A stretch of 64,000 nucleotides of DNA, taken from positions 310,001-374,000 of the forward strand of contig JAYWIR010000034.1 in assembly GCA_036172245.1 (NCBI GenBank). The letters run 5' to 3'. Below are positions 26,301 through 41,300 of the stretch, piece after piece (position 1 is the first letter of the stretch; the number at the start of each line of letters is the position of its first letter). The position numbers and the translations under genes are program-made. Origin of the DNA: Raillietiella orientalis. Lineage: Eukaryota. A model generated the notes under the pieces. It saw only the letters and a program-made list of their open reading frames with translations, was not told where the DNA came from and did no database searches.

Positions 26301-29300
26301 CGGCATACACTGGGAGCCGAATTAGAAACGGATGTCGGCTTCATATGAACTGAAAAAAAAAGTGCAGATACGAAGGTTTATAAAGTCTGCAGAGGGCGTG
26401 CTTCCCGTGCACAAACATGAGTGCTCTTCTGGAGGAACCGAAAGGACTTTCGATTCAAGGAAACTAATCTCGTGACAATAAAAGAGACAGTCACGAAGCG
26501 CAGAAGGAGGAAAGACACGGAACGACGAGGCTGCGTTCAGAAAAGCGCAACATTATGGCCTTAGAGATTCTGTGGAACAAACCGCACTAACAGCGCTATG
26601 TAATCACCGGGAAACTTTCGGGAAGGCGGGCATCATCCGCGAAGATAGTTCTTGAAAAACGAGGAACTCCCCTGACAAAATTTCGCGCACAAAATTTCAT
26701 CCTGCGCTTCTGCCGACTCACTGGAAGGTGAAAAACTTGGTCCCGAACGAGGTGTTTCTTGAAAGGAGCATCGTGTGTCACCGATTCTTCCAGAACACCA
26801 TACCTGGCTTGATAAAGATGATGCAGAGGATTTTGCAGAGGTCTTTTCGTGGCATCTATCTTTCGGGTGAATTGAAAAATCGAGCTAACCACAGCTATCA
26901 GGGCACCAACGCATCCTTCCGATCTCCTCTCATACGTCTGACAGCTGAACACCAAGACAGCAGCGAATGAGAGATCGCATCTGTACCAGAAAATGATCAG
27001 AGCTGCAAAAATTTGCAGGAGACACCAAGAGCTTCCTAGTTTGCATAGGTTACCAAATGGGAAAAATGATGGACTGCATCCGGAGACAACAGCAGCAAAC
27101 GCAAGAAGAGAGGGGGTCCATAAGGGTCATTGAGACGTAAACCTGGATAGCTAAGATAAGGAGGCAGACTCGTGATTTTCCCATCTTCGAATTTCAGTAG
27201 CAGCTTTCAGTCTATTTAGGAACGCACACACCTTAGTGGAAATCTTCAACGACGGAAAAGTAGGAATGAATGAGGGAAGCTTGAAAAAGTATCGTTGAAG
27301 ATGACAGCTTCTCAAAGGTAATTTTTTCCGGAAAGGGAATTGTCTATGTATGCGGATCGTTGCTGAAAGTGGAGGCACAAGAGGAACGACTTGGTGGTTC
27401 CGATAAAAGAGAAATTCCTTGAAATCCTCTTTGCCTTTTATTTATCTTTTTTTTGAATCAGAGCTCATTTTCCATTTTGTGAGGATTTGGAATGACCATT
27501 TTGTTTTCTCAAGCTGAGACTTAGAGAGAAAGGCTGATTCTTGTTTAAATATACTTCCAGAGACGTACAAATCCTGGACTCTACCTCCATGCTGCCATCT
27601 GTTGCATTCTGCAGTGTGCAGATCTTCTAGATATGAAAATCAACGGTGCTTTGCTTTTTTAAAAAATTGTATCCACCTTTAGAACTCCAAAGAAGCAGAG
27701 TTGAGAACTCCATGATGGAATTTTCTCTTTTAGAACTATGAAAAATCATCTGAAACAGGAAATCTCGCTGTCTTAGTCGTGGACTCAAAGTCATGAGAAA
27801 GAAATACAAAGCAGTTGCCGATATGATGCATACGTTAAATACACGACTATTCATTCATTTATATGACACCTCTTTATATCGATCACACTCCTGCTATCTT
27901 TAGTGAAAAGTAGAAAGAAGACTAAATTGGAGAAAAGTAACCTAGACACAATTGGAATCAGAGAAAAAGCCTATCACCAGCTTGTCATCTAAATCTTATG
28001 AAGTGCATTTGCTCAAGTGTTCCTCTTTAGTTCTTCAGTTACTCTTCAATTCTATCAGTTGGATATCCTCTTTGCTTTCTATTAGTTCACTCGCTAAGTA
28101 TAATGTGATAGCACAGTGCCAGGAGTGCGTCCCCAGTGCGGATAATTTGAAAGACTTCTACTTTGAAGCTCACCGGTTCAACACAGTGTATGTGCCGAAG
28201 AGCCGAAGACAAAACATTTGTTCTCTCACTCAAAACAGACTGAAAAGTGGTTGATCTTGAAACATATACTAATTCTATTAGCTAAAGTGTCCTCTCACAT
28301 CTGCGAGTGCATCTGTACAATAGACATGCTCGTCAGTTTTCTGATGGGAAGATACCTATATATTTCAGTAAGAAAAAATAACTTCCTCCCGAATCCATTT
28401 AATGACTGTTTCATCAACCCTATAAATTTTAGTGGGCATCTCGATTTTTGCAAGCATCACCCGTATCGAAATGCGCATCTTTTGCTCCTACTGGATAACT
28501 GAATTTAGTCAATGTGTATAAGTGGCAGCCTCGGATGTACACTGCCCGCTGATAGGCAACAGACGAGAGGGGTTCCGTAACGAAAGGGTTGGGCTTCTCA
28601 GAGTGCAGTCATTCGTACCCGAGAAGGCAAAAGCAGCGATCGAAGTGCAGCATGCGTCTGTTTAGGAAAGGGGAATTCCGAGATTCGGCAAATGATGATG
28701 AAAACGACTTCACTGTGGAATGCCACCTTTTCCATTTACACGTGCACTGATGTCGAATTCGCATCTCATTTTTTCCTCGATTCACGTTCAACGCGATGAG
28801 CGAAGTAGCTGATTTCCGATGCTAAACGAATCTTTAATCTTTCAAGCCTCGTGCCTCCCGTTTCCTGGATAAAGAAATCAGTAGCACCAGGCTCTGAAAG
28901 TTCGGGATATCAAATCCAGATACGTTTCCTGCTGGAAATGCCGAATCCACACATCTTTCTTTACATGGGAAACTACAATTCAATCAGGAGATCCGCTGTC
29001 ACGATTATGATTAGGGCGTGTTAACGTGAATTGGGGAAATTCCCGAAAGGAAAGAAATCATCACAAACGAGGTGATTTCAGCGAATTTGGTTTTGACTAT
29101 AAAACTGGATTACCAATGCAGTTATCTTCCTCATTCTCTCCCCTTTTTTGTGAACTGTGATTCTTATCGACTGAGAGTACTGAACAGTTCAATAAACTGC
29201 TCTTATGCTTTGAGTATTCATCTATATTGGTACCGACAGTTTCTTCATGAGCTGCGGAATTTCCCAGTAGCTGCATTTCTTTCATTTGATGTTGTCTGAT

Positions 29301-32300
29301 TTCGTCATTGTTATCCTGAAAATTCAAGATAAAGATTGCATCACAAGTGGGAAATGCACGCCTCCATTTGGCAAACTATAGAAGTCATTTTTTTTTTTTT
29401 TTTAAATTATCTAATTTCCAGTAAATTTTGTAGAATTTCATGCAGCAATAAATTCTTCTGAACAATCAAAGAAAGACACCAGCATGCTATTGCAATATAC
29501 TCATCGTTCATGATAGGAAAGTAGAAATCCATTCATCCGATATTCACTTTGGAATTGGAAAGTTCACATCATTCTGCTCATATCATACATACGTTGTTTC
29601 CTGATCACACACGCAAACGGAAACACTAGAAGCAGGGTGCGGTGAGCACTTGAAGATCAGAAGAACCAGTTTTGACAAATGTCTACCCCAGAGGAAACGA
29701 TAGTTGCTACAGGTTTCTTCCATAGCACCGACGTTCTTCAGAGGAAGTTCTGACAACTCTAATGCGGAATGCCTGAACTTCCACATGCCAAAAAGAAAAA
29801 ATCCCGGTCTCTCTGGCTGAATCGATAAGTTTACACTTGCGAATGCAGACACTAATGTGAAGGTAAGCTGGAAACGGGCTCCGTTAAACAGTGATCGAAA
29901 AACAGAGAGAGAGAAGCGAAATACCGAAGATCCTTTACAGTATCACGAAATACTCAGAAAGTGGGCGGGATCTTGAACTTCACATGTGAGTGTGGCATCT
30001 GGAAACTGCAATTTTACAACTCTCTTATGCTGTTTTTTTGTTCTAGACAACTTTCATGCTGACATTTCCATATGGAAAGAGAAAGCTTGGGTTTGGATGA
30101 ATGCTTTAGCAAATACTCAGCATCCCAAATGAAGGATATGAAGGCGCAATTTCAATCTGCGTACGGAAATTGCATTTTCGAGAAAGAGAGAGCTGAAGAT
30201 GGATCGACAGTTGTTCAGTCAAATGAGGTCGGAGAAACCTCCGAAATGTTGATGAAAGAAAAAATGACGTAAGATGTGGCACGCACGCTTCCACTGTTCC
30301 ACCTTTCCATATTTTGCAAATTTGGAAGATACAGCGTTTTGATGAATAGTCCGGAACCACGAATAACCATGAATCCAAGAAGGCTGAGGGTAAAGATGTG
30401 AGTTTGCCAGATAATTGATGCGGAGGTTTTCAACTGCGCTCCGAGGTCGCAAAACCTACGTTTTGCAGCCAACCGTGAACTGTGTACAAATCTTTTACCT
30501 CCTGAAAGCCCTAGAGTCCGGCAATACGCTTCCCAGCGAGAATGTGGGACAAGACTGGGTACGAAAAAAGAGAAAGAAGACTCCACATCGAAGATAATCG
30601 AAAAATTTTTTTAAACCCAAATCTGAGGAACGAAAAGAAAGCCTGTGCATCCTGGTTTGGACGCACAGAAGATATCTGTACTTTCAGGTGGTTCAAGAAA
30701 TTCAAAATGTGGTAAAGCTGCATCACACTATTGTATGACGGAATATGTTGTATGTCGAATCCACGCTCCTGGACTGATGTGTTGCAAGCACCACCACCGT
30801 GTCGTGTTCAGCCCTATGATAGTGAGCATAATCTCAGCCTGAACGCGAATAAATATGTGAGCAAAACTGGAAATGAAACTACGTGACTGAGTGTTGCACA
30901 CAGCTGTAGGTGACAGCAACCCATGCCTCACGTCAGACACATCCACTGACTTATGAAATGAAACACGACAGCGTGTTTCTGAAAACGGCAGACTGAGTAC
31001 CCTGTAATCCCGTTCAGAGGAACGGCTCTAAAACATTCATAATTAGTTCGCTTCAGTGTCTGACCAACTAGGTAGGTTTTCTGATTGCGGCTCTACTTTC
31101 AAGTCCTTGAAGCAGACACAGAGCCCACTTTTTACTTCGTGAGGTCACCAAACCAACGTATCGATGCCATACAGACTCGGTTCACAACTACTGATTTCCT
31201 CTAGGAAGGCATGTACTCAGAATTCCAACCGGAGGCTTTAAACAGCAAGTTGAGCCTTCACAAGAAAGATGCATCTTCACGGCAGAACGCTTCGAGTGAA
31301 CTGATAGCTTTTCAGTCAGAAAAGAGACGGCAACTTCGGAGAACACTGCCTAATGGGGAAATTGAAACAGCACGTTTTAAAGGACAAGCTGAACACATGG
31401 ACCAAGGAGCATTGACGAAATCACTTCTGATGCCGAGGAGATCCATCTACTCCCCAGAAATTCGTGAGAATCAAGTAAGCCCAAGCCAAACCAATCAGTG
31501 CTTCTTACAGTTATGCACTTTTCTAGAGGTTGAGGTGGTCACAGAGATGGGAAAACTAGGCGGAGAGTCACAGTCTGTGCGAGCTTTCCTGTTTCCCGAA
31601 ATTCTGTTGGGAAAACTTCATTCATTTGTCAGCCTGGACACGGCTTCCTCGGTTTCCTATCAGCACCCCAGACAAACATATCGAAACGTAATTTACTTAA
31701 GAAAAAGAAATTAGGTCTTCAAAGCGGCTAGAGAAATGAAAGAATACCGCCCACACTTCCCTAAGCGAATGGAGCTCGCATACCACGACTGAATTTCGAG
31801 CCACCAGCGTGTTTCAAAAATTACTTTGTTTCAGTTGATGCTGAAGTAATTAAACCATGACTGCCACGCTGCAAGTGTCCTCGTTTCCTGCGAATCCTCT
31901 ATCGATTTGCTACGTATTGTCCTTAGGCAAAAGCAAGAACAAGGCGCTATTCAAACGAAACATAGTATCATTCCAAACGAAAATTCTACTAAGCCGACTG
32001 AAACGTGATATGAGGCCGATGGACAAAGGGCCCTGATTTTAAGATACTGAATCCTGGGGAAAAAGGAAAATAAGGGCCGAAAATAAAGGTTTCGGTTTCT
32101 TCAAGAGCAGACTCTAGTGATGAGGTGGGAAAACGAAAGCCAACTTCAATCGTGAATTTGCAGTGAGGATTTAGAAGTACGTCCCCCTCCCCCAACATTT
32201 TTCAAGTGCTGGGATGCCGGACATTTTTTCAATCTGCATCTGGTAACTACAGAGGCTGAGATGGTCAGGCAGCAACAACAAAAGCAACGAGTCGCATACT

Positions 32301-35300
32301 CTTCTAAGGTCTGTGTGGCATCCATTTCTAAGGAAATGGCAGCAGTGAATGAATAGCAAGAGGGAAAAGCGTCGAAAAGTTGAACCCGAACAATCCTTAA
32401 ATGAGCAGAAATTCTTATGAGAAGACCAAAGTGGACGGGGGATGGAAGCTATTCCTCCAGGATGAGAGCGGGATTTCACATTCAGCCACACTATTGACGA
32501 TTCAACAAGGTAGACTACTGAAACCCATGGAAATTGAAATCCTCAAACCCTAAATCAACTGTTTAATGGTATTTCCTATTTGCTTGTTCTCGAAACTCCT
32601 CAACGAATTGTCCCAGGAATATTTTCTCTCTATTTAGAGTGACTCCCTGAAGGAGGAAGCCCATGAAGGTAACCATTGAAAATACTGAAACGAATTTGCA
32701 TTTCTCCTCAAAAGCGATCCGGAAGCGCTAAGTTAAGTAAATTATTGAAAATTGGTCATCGTGTCGATTAGGAGAAGGTCGCAGGTTCCATAGAAAAGAT
32801 GTGAAGCGTGTTGTTTCGCCAATGCTAGGTACTTGTACTTAGTACGAGATTCTCATTCTGCACATGAGCCAGAAGCTGAAATCCATTGACCGAGAGCAAC
32901 TGAATTTCGAGTCCCCAGAGCCGCGAGTTCGAGTGACCTCTGAAAGTCAAACTTAGCAAAGTTTTACAGCGTTTTTTTTTCTTTTTTTCGAACCATTATG
33001 ATTTTAGAACGCTCAGACAGCAAGGACCGTGTTTCAAGGCTGCATTTTACGATTTTCATTTTCAGTTACTCAACTGTCGAGTCGGTTTAATAAAAAACAG
33101 AAAAAGAAGGAAAAAAAAACGAACTAAAATCTTCGGAGTATCGAACTGAAGCCAACCTGATGCTTTAAGAGTCTGTCTGGCTCCCTAGGAGCTGCTGATT
33201 TTAGACCCTTTGCGTGCATCTTCCCTTCACTGCGCAAATTCGGAATTTCTAAACATAAAACGGATCTAAAAGGATCATAAATGTGTGGAGCTCACAGAAC
33301 GGGAAGAAATTTGATCTCATAATAGAAGAATAACTGCAAGAGTCAACCCAATTTATAAAAAAAAAAAAATGTTGGACTTATGGGTGTTGACTTTGTTGCT
33401 CAGCGAGCAAAAACAGTAACGAGCAAAAACTGATCCATTCTATCGGAAAGGTTCCATAGCTCGATTCAAACCTTCTAATGGAAAATGCCATTATTTAACT
33501 TGACCTGTCGACCATAAAAGGACTTACTCATGGTGAGACAGTCGGGAAGCTTCACTCTAAGAAGGATGCCCTCTGCTCAGAGCAGCTTTTTCCTTAAGCC
33601 AAGCTGAATAATTACCTCAAGCCAACTAGATCGTCAGTAACAAGATTCTTAGCCTAACGAAACCTCATTATGGAGAACTTATCAAGAACTCTTTAGAAGT
33701 CATTAATCAAATTGCCATTCGGGATGGAACTAGACTTTCCGGTGAAAATTAGCTTTTTAAGGGATGCTGCCTGTTGTCACTGATAAACTTGCTGCCGATT
33801 TTCGTTTTAAATTAAGTGGATGAACTCGATATCTTTCGTCGGCTGCAACGGGTCGGTTGGTATCAAAGGCTCTTTGAGGGTAAGCTTCCTTGTTATGGGA
33901 GTCGACTTTGATTTGAATTTTGCGAACACATTTAGCAGCTGCAAATTAGCGAAAACACACCAGAACTGGTCAGCTAAATAATTGATCAGCGAATACTAGT
34001 TTTCAGTGAATTACGGCTGCAATTCTAGAATACGATTCCCTTTAGTCGAATTGCCTCCTTTGGTGACTGATAGCTCCTCTCCAACAGCCAGACAGTGTTC
34101 AGGATGAGTTGGACTTCAAAGTTACATTCGGGGTAACTTTATTAGAAATGATTTATCTTCTGATATTGCATAATTTATCAGCAAAGTTTGTGCTCCAAAC
34201 GAATCGGAATGGAGGAAGTTGTGGGAGACGCTGCCGAGAAAGGGAACGGCACAGAGCTCTGAATCGCAGGAAACTCCAGGAATATTTGCGTAAAACTGAT
34301 GAGGAATAGATTCAGCCTACTTTACCTGCATTTTCTAGCCACGAGAAGGAGAAACTCTGAGAAATAATTTTGGAGTCTGCGAGATGCAACACTGCATCCT
34401 TCAACAAAATGCCTACGCTGCGACTACGTGCCAGTGCTCCAGGGAGATGAAACTGAGCAGACGAGCAAGTCGAACAGAGAAAGCTCGTGGTGACTGCACT
34501 GATTATTTCTTAGGTCAGCTCATTCAAACTGAAGCTTAGATTGTCAACGTTAGACGTCTGCATGCGGAAAGAGCATTTATGTTCAGGATGCGTAAATTCC
34601 CTGAGGCGAGTTGGAAACTCTGGTGGATAGTACGCACTACATGGTCAGGCCCAATTGGTCACTTTTCGGGAATAGGGAAAAGATTCAGAGTTCCCTGGAC
34701 CAGACCTTCATACTTTTGGAAATCCGTCAACTAGGGGGGTAAATAACTTGGTTACGGAATTCTTCCGACCTGAGTTTATTGAGTTAGGATGAGATGATTG
34801 TGGGGAAAATACACCTCCCGATTGAGAAATTCTTCCGTAAGATTCAGCATGTAAGGAAAGCAGACATGGAAACCGATGAGTGAATTAAGATTTTCAAGAT
34901 GGGTTGATTTCTTGTCGGAAATTCAACCCGACGTTGACCAATTACGATGCCAAAAAACCCACATTGGAAGACGCCTTACTTTTGCATTGGTCCTTGAATA
35001 TACTTTGCTTTCTTCGTTAGCATGAAACTCTTCTGTCAATTCAATTGAGGGGCACGATTTAGAGTACAGAAATTATGTTTGCACTCTTGTCTGGGCTCGC
35101 ATAGGTTTTGTTCGTCCTTTCACGTGTGAGGAAGACGAAACATACGCATCATTCGACAATAAGCAAATTAACAAAAGATAAAGGTGAATCCAGTAAACTC
35201 AGGATATCTCAGCAAGCTGCTAATTATCAAAAGGGGAAGATTTTCAAAAAAAAAATCAGAAAACATTTTCAGGTAAAACTCAACGGTGATAAGGAAATCC

Positions 35301-38300
35301 ATTTATCTCCTAAAATAGTAGGATAATGAAAGCTTGCTGCGTTCCTCATGTGCTGTAAATTCAATGGACAAATGCATTACATCAGAGATGCTGGGATCCA
35401 ATCATAATTGTGCGCATCTAACTCAGTTATAGAAAGATAAAATATGAGAAGTAGCACATTTTGGCTCGCGCATGCGCATTTCAAGCTCCGTGCTTCTCGA
35501 GCAAGATGCATCCCAGACGTCGAAATCATATGCAGAAGAAGAAAACACTCTAGTTGAGCGAGTTCAAAAATTCCACTAAAGGTGTGATTAATCCGTTTGT
35601 TCATGGAGTGATTCTTGACCAGTATCTACCACTAATGGATGGATCCTTGCTGTGGCATCCCTCTTCATCATTTCACATTCAAGCAAAGTGATGGCGTGAT
35701 TTTAGCAATATTGCAAGAGACGACCCTAATATTCGATAAATGCAGAGCACCATTTTTACGTTATCTTTTAAGAAAGCATTTCACTCCGTCTATACTTATC
35801 TATGGATAATATCCTCCTCATGGATACGAATTGAAATAGGAAGGGACCCCAGGAGTCATTTCAAAGGATCAAATTTCATTTTGCTGTCTTGATTTTGCAA
35901 ACCTCAATCAATGCGTTCGTTGAAAGCGCGAGGTTTGCAAACGCTTTCGGAAGTGTAGTACACCATTGATGCAGTGCCATTTGGACAAAAAAAGTAAAAA
36001 AAAAGTGGCGTTCGCGGAGCTTTGTCATTTGAAGCGTCAGACAAGCTCAAAGATCACGCTCAAGTAGCACGAGTGTGACCCATGAAAGAAGAAAGTGCAG
36101 AGTCTGAAACGGATGAAGTTTGCGCGATCGGGAACTTTCATCAGAGCGGGAGCGACCATGGAAACCCGTGCCTTGCTTTCCGACCACTCGCTTCCACAAG
36201 AAAGCAACCCTGAATTGAGTTATAGGCGACATCTTGAAATTTTTGATACGAGGTGACGTGTCATCCGAAGGGAAGATGTCGAGCTCTTTTTGGTATGGAG
36301 CTGAATTCTCTTCATCATAGAAACGACCACTTAGATACTTAGTAGAATGCCTCCCGCAATCGAAGCACCGAAACACAAGATGCTTTCCTTGTTTCGCCAG
36401 GCTTCAGTGGCGTCGAAAAAGGGAGGATGCGCCACGGACATACAAACAAGGAAAATCCTGATTCACTGGGCAAGGTCTATTCAGAAGTGCCCAAAGTTCG
36501 AATCGGAAAGCCTCGAAGGATTTTCTGTTAAAGGTGATCCACAGCAATTAAACAGCGTGCCTACAATTTTTTCGTCCATCCTTTGCCAATTTGGTAGCAG
36601 GAGCTACGGTGCAGCCCGCGCGACGCCGCAGGTAGTGAGAGAAAGCATTCAATTCCAGCAGGATCTCAGTTTTCCCTTGAGATCAAGCTCGAATCCTGGT
36701 TGTAGCGAACCGCAACTCCCCGGTCCTAATCCGCACGAACAACAACACGATAAGAATGCACGGTATCATCCGAATGCTGGACCAGAAAATGACGACTTAC
36801 TCCACGAAACCACGAGGTCGATGACTGAGCCCCGGAGCGTGGCATCTGGCAAAGTTTTCTTTGCGCAGGGTTTCGACGGCTGTAGAAGTTCCAGGCTCTA
36901 TAGAGCGGCAAAGACAAAATCCTACAAATACAGGAGATGCTGCCCGGCTTTGTGGAACCGATCAGAATTACAAAGGAAATGAAGCAACTCTGAATTTCTA
37001 GTGAGTCCTGTTTCGATCCCAGAGCTGCCCTTCTGTTCTCGCGACGCGAAGATCTCAAGCCCACTATCTTTTCCTCGAGATGTCGAGACAAGGGAAGAAG
37101 ACAAACGACCTCCGGGCATCGAAAGAAGAGAAGAACATCTCCAGCCCCAGGAGACTTTAAGCGAATCACCGTCACTCTGTTCGTGTAGAGTGGGAAGGAT
37201 GCAGTGCGCAGCAGCGTTCTAGGCTAGGACAAACATCCAAGGGGGAGTGCTCTGCGTCGGCGATGCAAATTTGCATGCAGCGTGCGGAGGTTCTGTACCG
37301 GCTCAGTCGCAGTTCCGCATCCTGTCTTGAAAACCGACCTGTACTCCCTTACCACCTCCATGTGTCGGAAACGAACGTGAAAGAAGACTGAAAGCATGAA
37401 AAGGGAGTGGGGTCGAAGAAGATTTGGAAAATGAACCGAAGGAAGGGCTTTCTAGCTTCGAGGAGATGCGAGAGGTGGACATAAGCGCCAACATGCTCAA
37501 CTGACCGGGATCAGATACTTGCGAATCTCCGACATGGCGAAGGTCATTCTAGCGAACGCTTCCGCTGGGCTCGCGAAGGTGCTCACCTCGACGTGCAGGT
37601 CTTCGTGCAAGTGTCTGGTCTTCTCATCGTTGCTAGCGCGGAGCTCCTCTTCCTGGAACACAAAAGGGAAAAATCCTCCATCGGTACTCTCTCCTCCAGC
37701 GTGGATGCGAATGCCCCCCTTCCCTCTTCTTCTGTTTTCCCTTCCCCTCTAGTGAGATCAAAAGCGCTTCATCGTGAATTTGCTCCGCATTTCTGGAGAT
37801 GGACGTAAACACGTGCGTTCGGAACTCAATCAAGCGATCGATCCGAAAGGATCAAGGACCTTGAAAATGCTAGTACTTTGAGGACAGATCTCTACTCAGA
37901 CTGTTGTCACGGTCGAGGAAGGTGAGGACCGTGGTAAAAGAAAAAGAAAAAAAAACGACATCGATAAGGAGACGACCTCGGCTTACCTCGGGTCCTTCCC
38001 ATCCAACCCAACCAACAGGGAGGCTACGCATTATCATGAAACCTTTTCCGGGATTTCTCTTCATTCGTCATCGACTGCGAGTAGTTCCTGAGGCCATTTC
38101 TCATCGGGATCGATCCTACCCTCACGAACGAAGAGCCTTTCGTTCCACCCGTTGCCATCGCAAAGACTTCTTCCCACTCTTGGATCCACAGAGAGTGAGA
38201 GAATCTAAACCAACCAAGAGGAAGGCTTCGAATGACAACTGCTGGAGGCAGTCTCTTCATTTGGAGCACGTCTCATTTGCGTGACTGCGAAGCGTATGGA

Positions 38301-41300
38301 TGTTGCTCGCAGCCATGGTCACCCTGCTCCGTAATGCAGGAATGGACTGCAAAGAGTTGCAAGGTGCAAGAGCAATTCGTCGTTGCTTCGCTGATGTCGT
38401 ACGCGCGATTCTCAGGGGTAGAAGATACATGGGCTCTCCTTCTTGAAACATTGCATCTCTCGACGCTGAACAAAGGGTAAAAAACCGGGAAGTCAATCGC
38501 TCAAGCAGTCATGGTCCCCGCACCTTGGTAAAGAAAGCTGGAGCTGCTCCTTGTTCAAAGTACAAACAATTCGTCCATCAGCACATATCCATCACTGCTC
38601 CTTTGTTCTGATGCTCATTTAGAAATTGATTTATCCTGTGCCATTAATTTCCAGGACATAAATCTTGATTTAAATCGCGCAACGCATAGAGACATCGGGC
38701 CGTAGAAACAAATGAACAGCAAGTAATCACCTAATCTGCAAAAAACGTCTATCAGTTACATCCCAGTTTCTTCGTTCCGATCCGTATTTCAACCGGCAAA
38801 AAGCATTGGATTTTTTACTCCTCTGCATCAGATGCGCGAATAAAACGGTTCTGAGTGCAAGCTGCTTAGGATGTTCATTCATGAGATGCCGATTATCCAG
38901 GTGATTTATCGATTCACAAGTAAACTCAGACTGTAAGTCGAGCTAGATAATAAGGAAAGCGATCAGAGAGACAATGCACAAATCTCCAGCAACACATGAG
39001 GTGAGTTGGGAAGATTTCACTCGCAGGCAACTGATGGGATGAATTTCAGAGCAATTAAAAAACAGATCTACACACACACACACACACACACACGCATCCA
39101 AACGCGTGTCTATCCTTTAGTGAGCAGTCAGCCATGCACGTGAGCAAGCAAATCGATGACCTCTCAGTTGAAGTCTTCTGGCCGAAGATGAGGCACCTGA
39201 TGGACCCTTGCTACTTTGAAAGCTTGAAAATGGATTCCATTCATTTGCCTGATGCAGTGATCGGTCGGTATTTTTTTGCTGCAAGCAGCCCAGGAGAGCA
39301 GCATCTGCCGTGAAAGTCTCAGTGTATGAGGGTACATCCTCTAAAACTGCGTTTGGGATTGGATTGCTCCAGGAAACGTGTTCGAATGACGACGCTCGCG
39401 GGAGACGACTGAAGCTGGCAGAATCGCGAATTCTTGCAGCCGACTACGCCTGAGCATACCCGAGAAACGTTGCATAGAAGCTCAAAAGATCATATCAGCT
39501 GGCAGTCTTCCTAGTGCTCATAATGGAAAGAACACATAGTTGATTCCCACTGCGCACATTTTCAAACGGTAAATGAGGCGCATGAAAGAACGGCCGACGT
39601 CATGGGAACCAACTAAACCCGCAAATGCGAAGAAGTACCGCAAATGTTAACGAAAGCAGTCGGCATCGAGATACGAGAGCTACGTGAAACGAAAAACTCG
39701 GTACCGTCAATGATTCGCAAGAGTGAATGGTCTAGTGGAAGGTCATCATCGAATTAGTCTGTGAGTATCACCGCAGCGGTCGAACTGATAAGAGGGCTGT
39801 TGCTCTACCTCAGGCAGTTGCGTCCACTTACAAACTGACCGAACACTCAGGCACTTGAGTTCGTATTTGCATGCCCATCCACATCCGTGGTGAAATTCAA
39901 AGCAGCGACGAGTGCACTAAGTCACGGCCTCATAGCAACACGAAAGGTGGGTGATCCATGCTCTTTCCCTCTGTTTACGGAGTCAATCCCGGTGGCAAAT
40001 TTTCGTTTTCAGCCAGCTCTCATGACCATGCGATGCGCACTCACTGACAGGCACGGGGGACCAACAGACCGGAAAAATGCGGTATAGAAAAATTCCATCG
40101 AAAATGGAGTTTTTCGATAATTGGGCCCATTGCACGCGTCCTATGGCGAAAATACATCCTTATGCGTATGCGTTTTTCTATTAATATCCATCCTCCAAAA
40201 GAAGGGTTTCAGATCTTCTTACGAGGAGTGGTCAGTTTGCCATCTACGACGGCTTCTATTGATTCGCTGCATGCCCACAGAGGCCAGCAACCTTGCTTAA
40301 GAAAATTCCAAGTTTTCAGGCTTCTGCTTTGAGCTCATTTCTGGGGAGGGGGAAAATTTGCGCTCCCCCAAATCCTTTTGCTTTCTGCTCTCCTTTGACA
40401 CGTGGTCGAAGACTCAGTTCACACAACTCTTACGTTCTGCTCTGATTTCTCACCTTCTAACAGCAAGAAGCCTGAGAGTGAACGAAGAAAAAAAAAGCAT
40501 ATGCAAAAAGAAGGTTCCCAGAAACGTGAGCCTGGAAAATCTTTCCTTCCCCAAATGTGGCACTGTGAACAATTGGAGATGATTAATCTACTCTGAACTT
40601 CGAATCCTTTGGGTGTTTGTCTCCAAGCAACACTTTTCATTTACAACTCCAATTTCCAATTTTTTGGGGGGGGTTTTTTGCTTGCGGAATGCAAACCAAC
40701 TAGCAGATTCACTCCAATCCAATCCAAAGGGTTGCAAGTGGCTCGAAGGAAGGCGCTCAAGCAAAAGTTTGCTTTCCGGGGACAAAAAAAAAAAAAAAAA
40801 ATTGCGAACGTTTTCTAAAAACTTTCCACTCGACAAGCAGCTTTAAGATCGACTTCCTGTTGGAGTTCACTTCACAAGCGCTACGATGATCTTTATTAGA
40901 GAGATTGGTATCTGGAGGATAATTCAAATTCCAGAGAAAACAGTGATTTGGAAACTTCCAGAGGAAAGTTGGACCCATTTTGAGAAAGCTGCCAGGATGC
41001 GGATCGACAGTTTCAAGGAGAATTGGGAGAAGAACGCAGGCAACAAACCAAAAGAACAGGCAGTTGATCATCTCTCAATGCAAAACGATTGATGCATCAT
41101 TCAAGCTGTGATCGGTTACCTTTGATTTATCTTTCATGGAGCCTCTTCCTAAAATGGCCATCTTTGTCATTGTATCTTCCTGTAATCGCTTTAAAGAGTT
41201 TCCTTTGGGGCCGAGAAGTTTGCCCACAAAATTGAACTGCAAAGAAAATGTCACAAAATTACTTAGAGTCACACAAGCAGCAGTTGCTTTTCTAACGAAT

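Noticed and set aside
36347..36982. 211-aa plus-strand ORF (similarly 8135-8722, 46844-47374, 25378-25824)
   Set aside because: No recognisable motifs, no consistent splice context, and some cross homopolymer runs; treated as chance ORFs.
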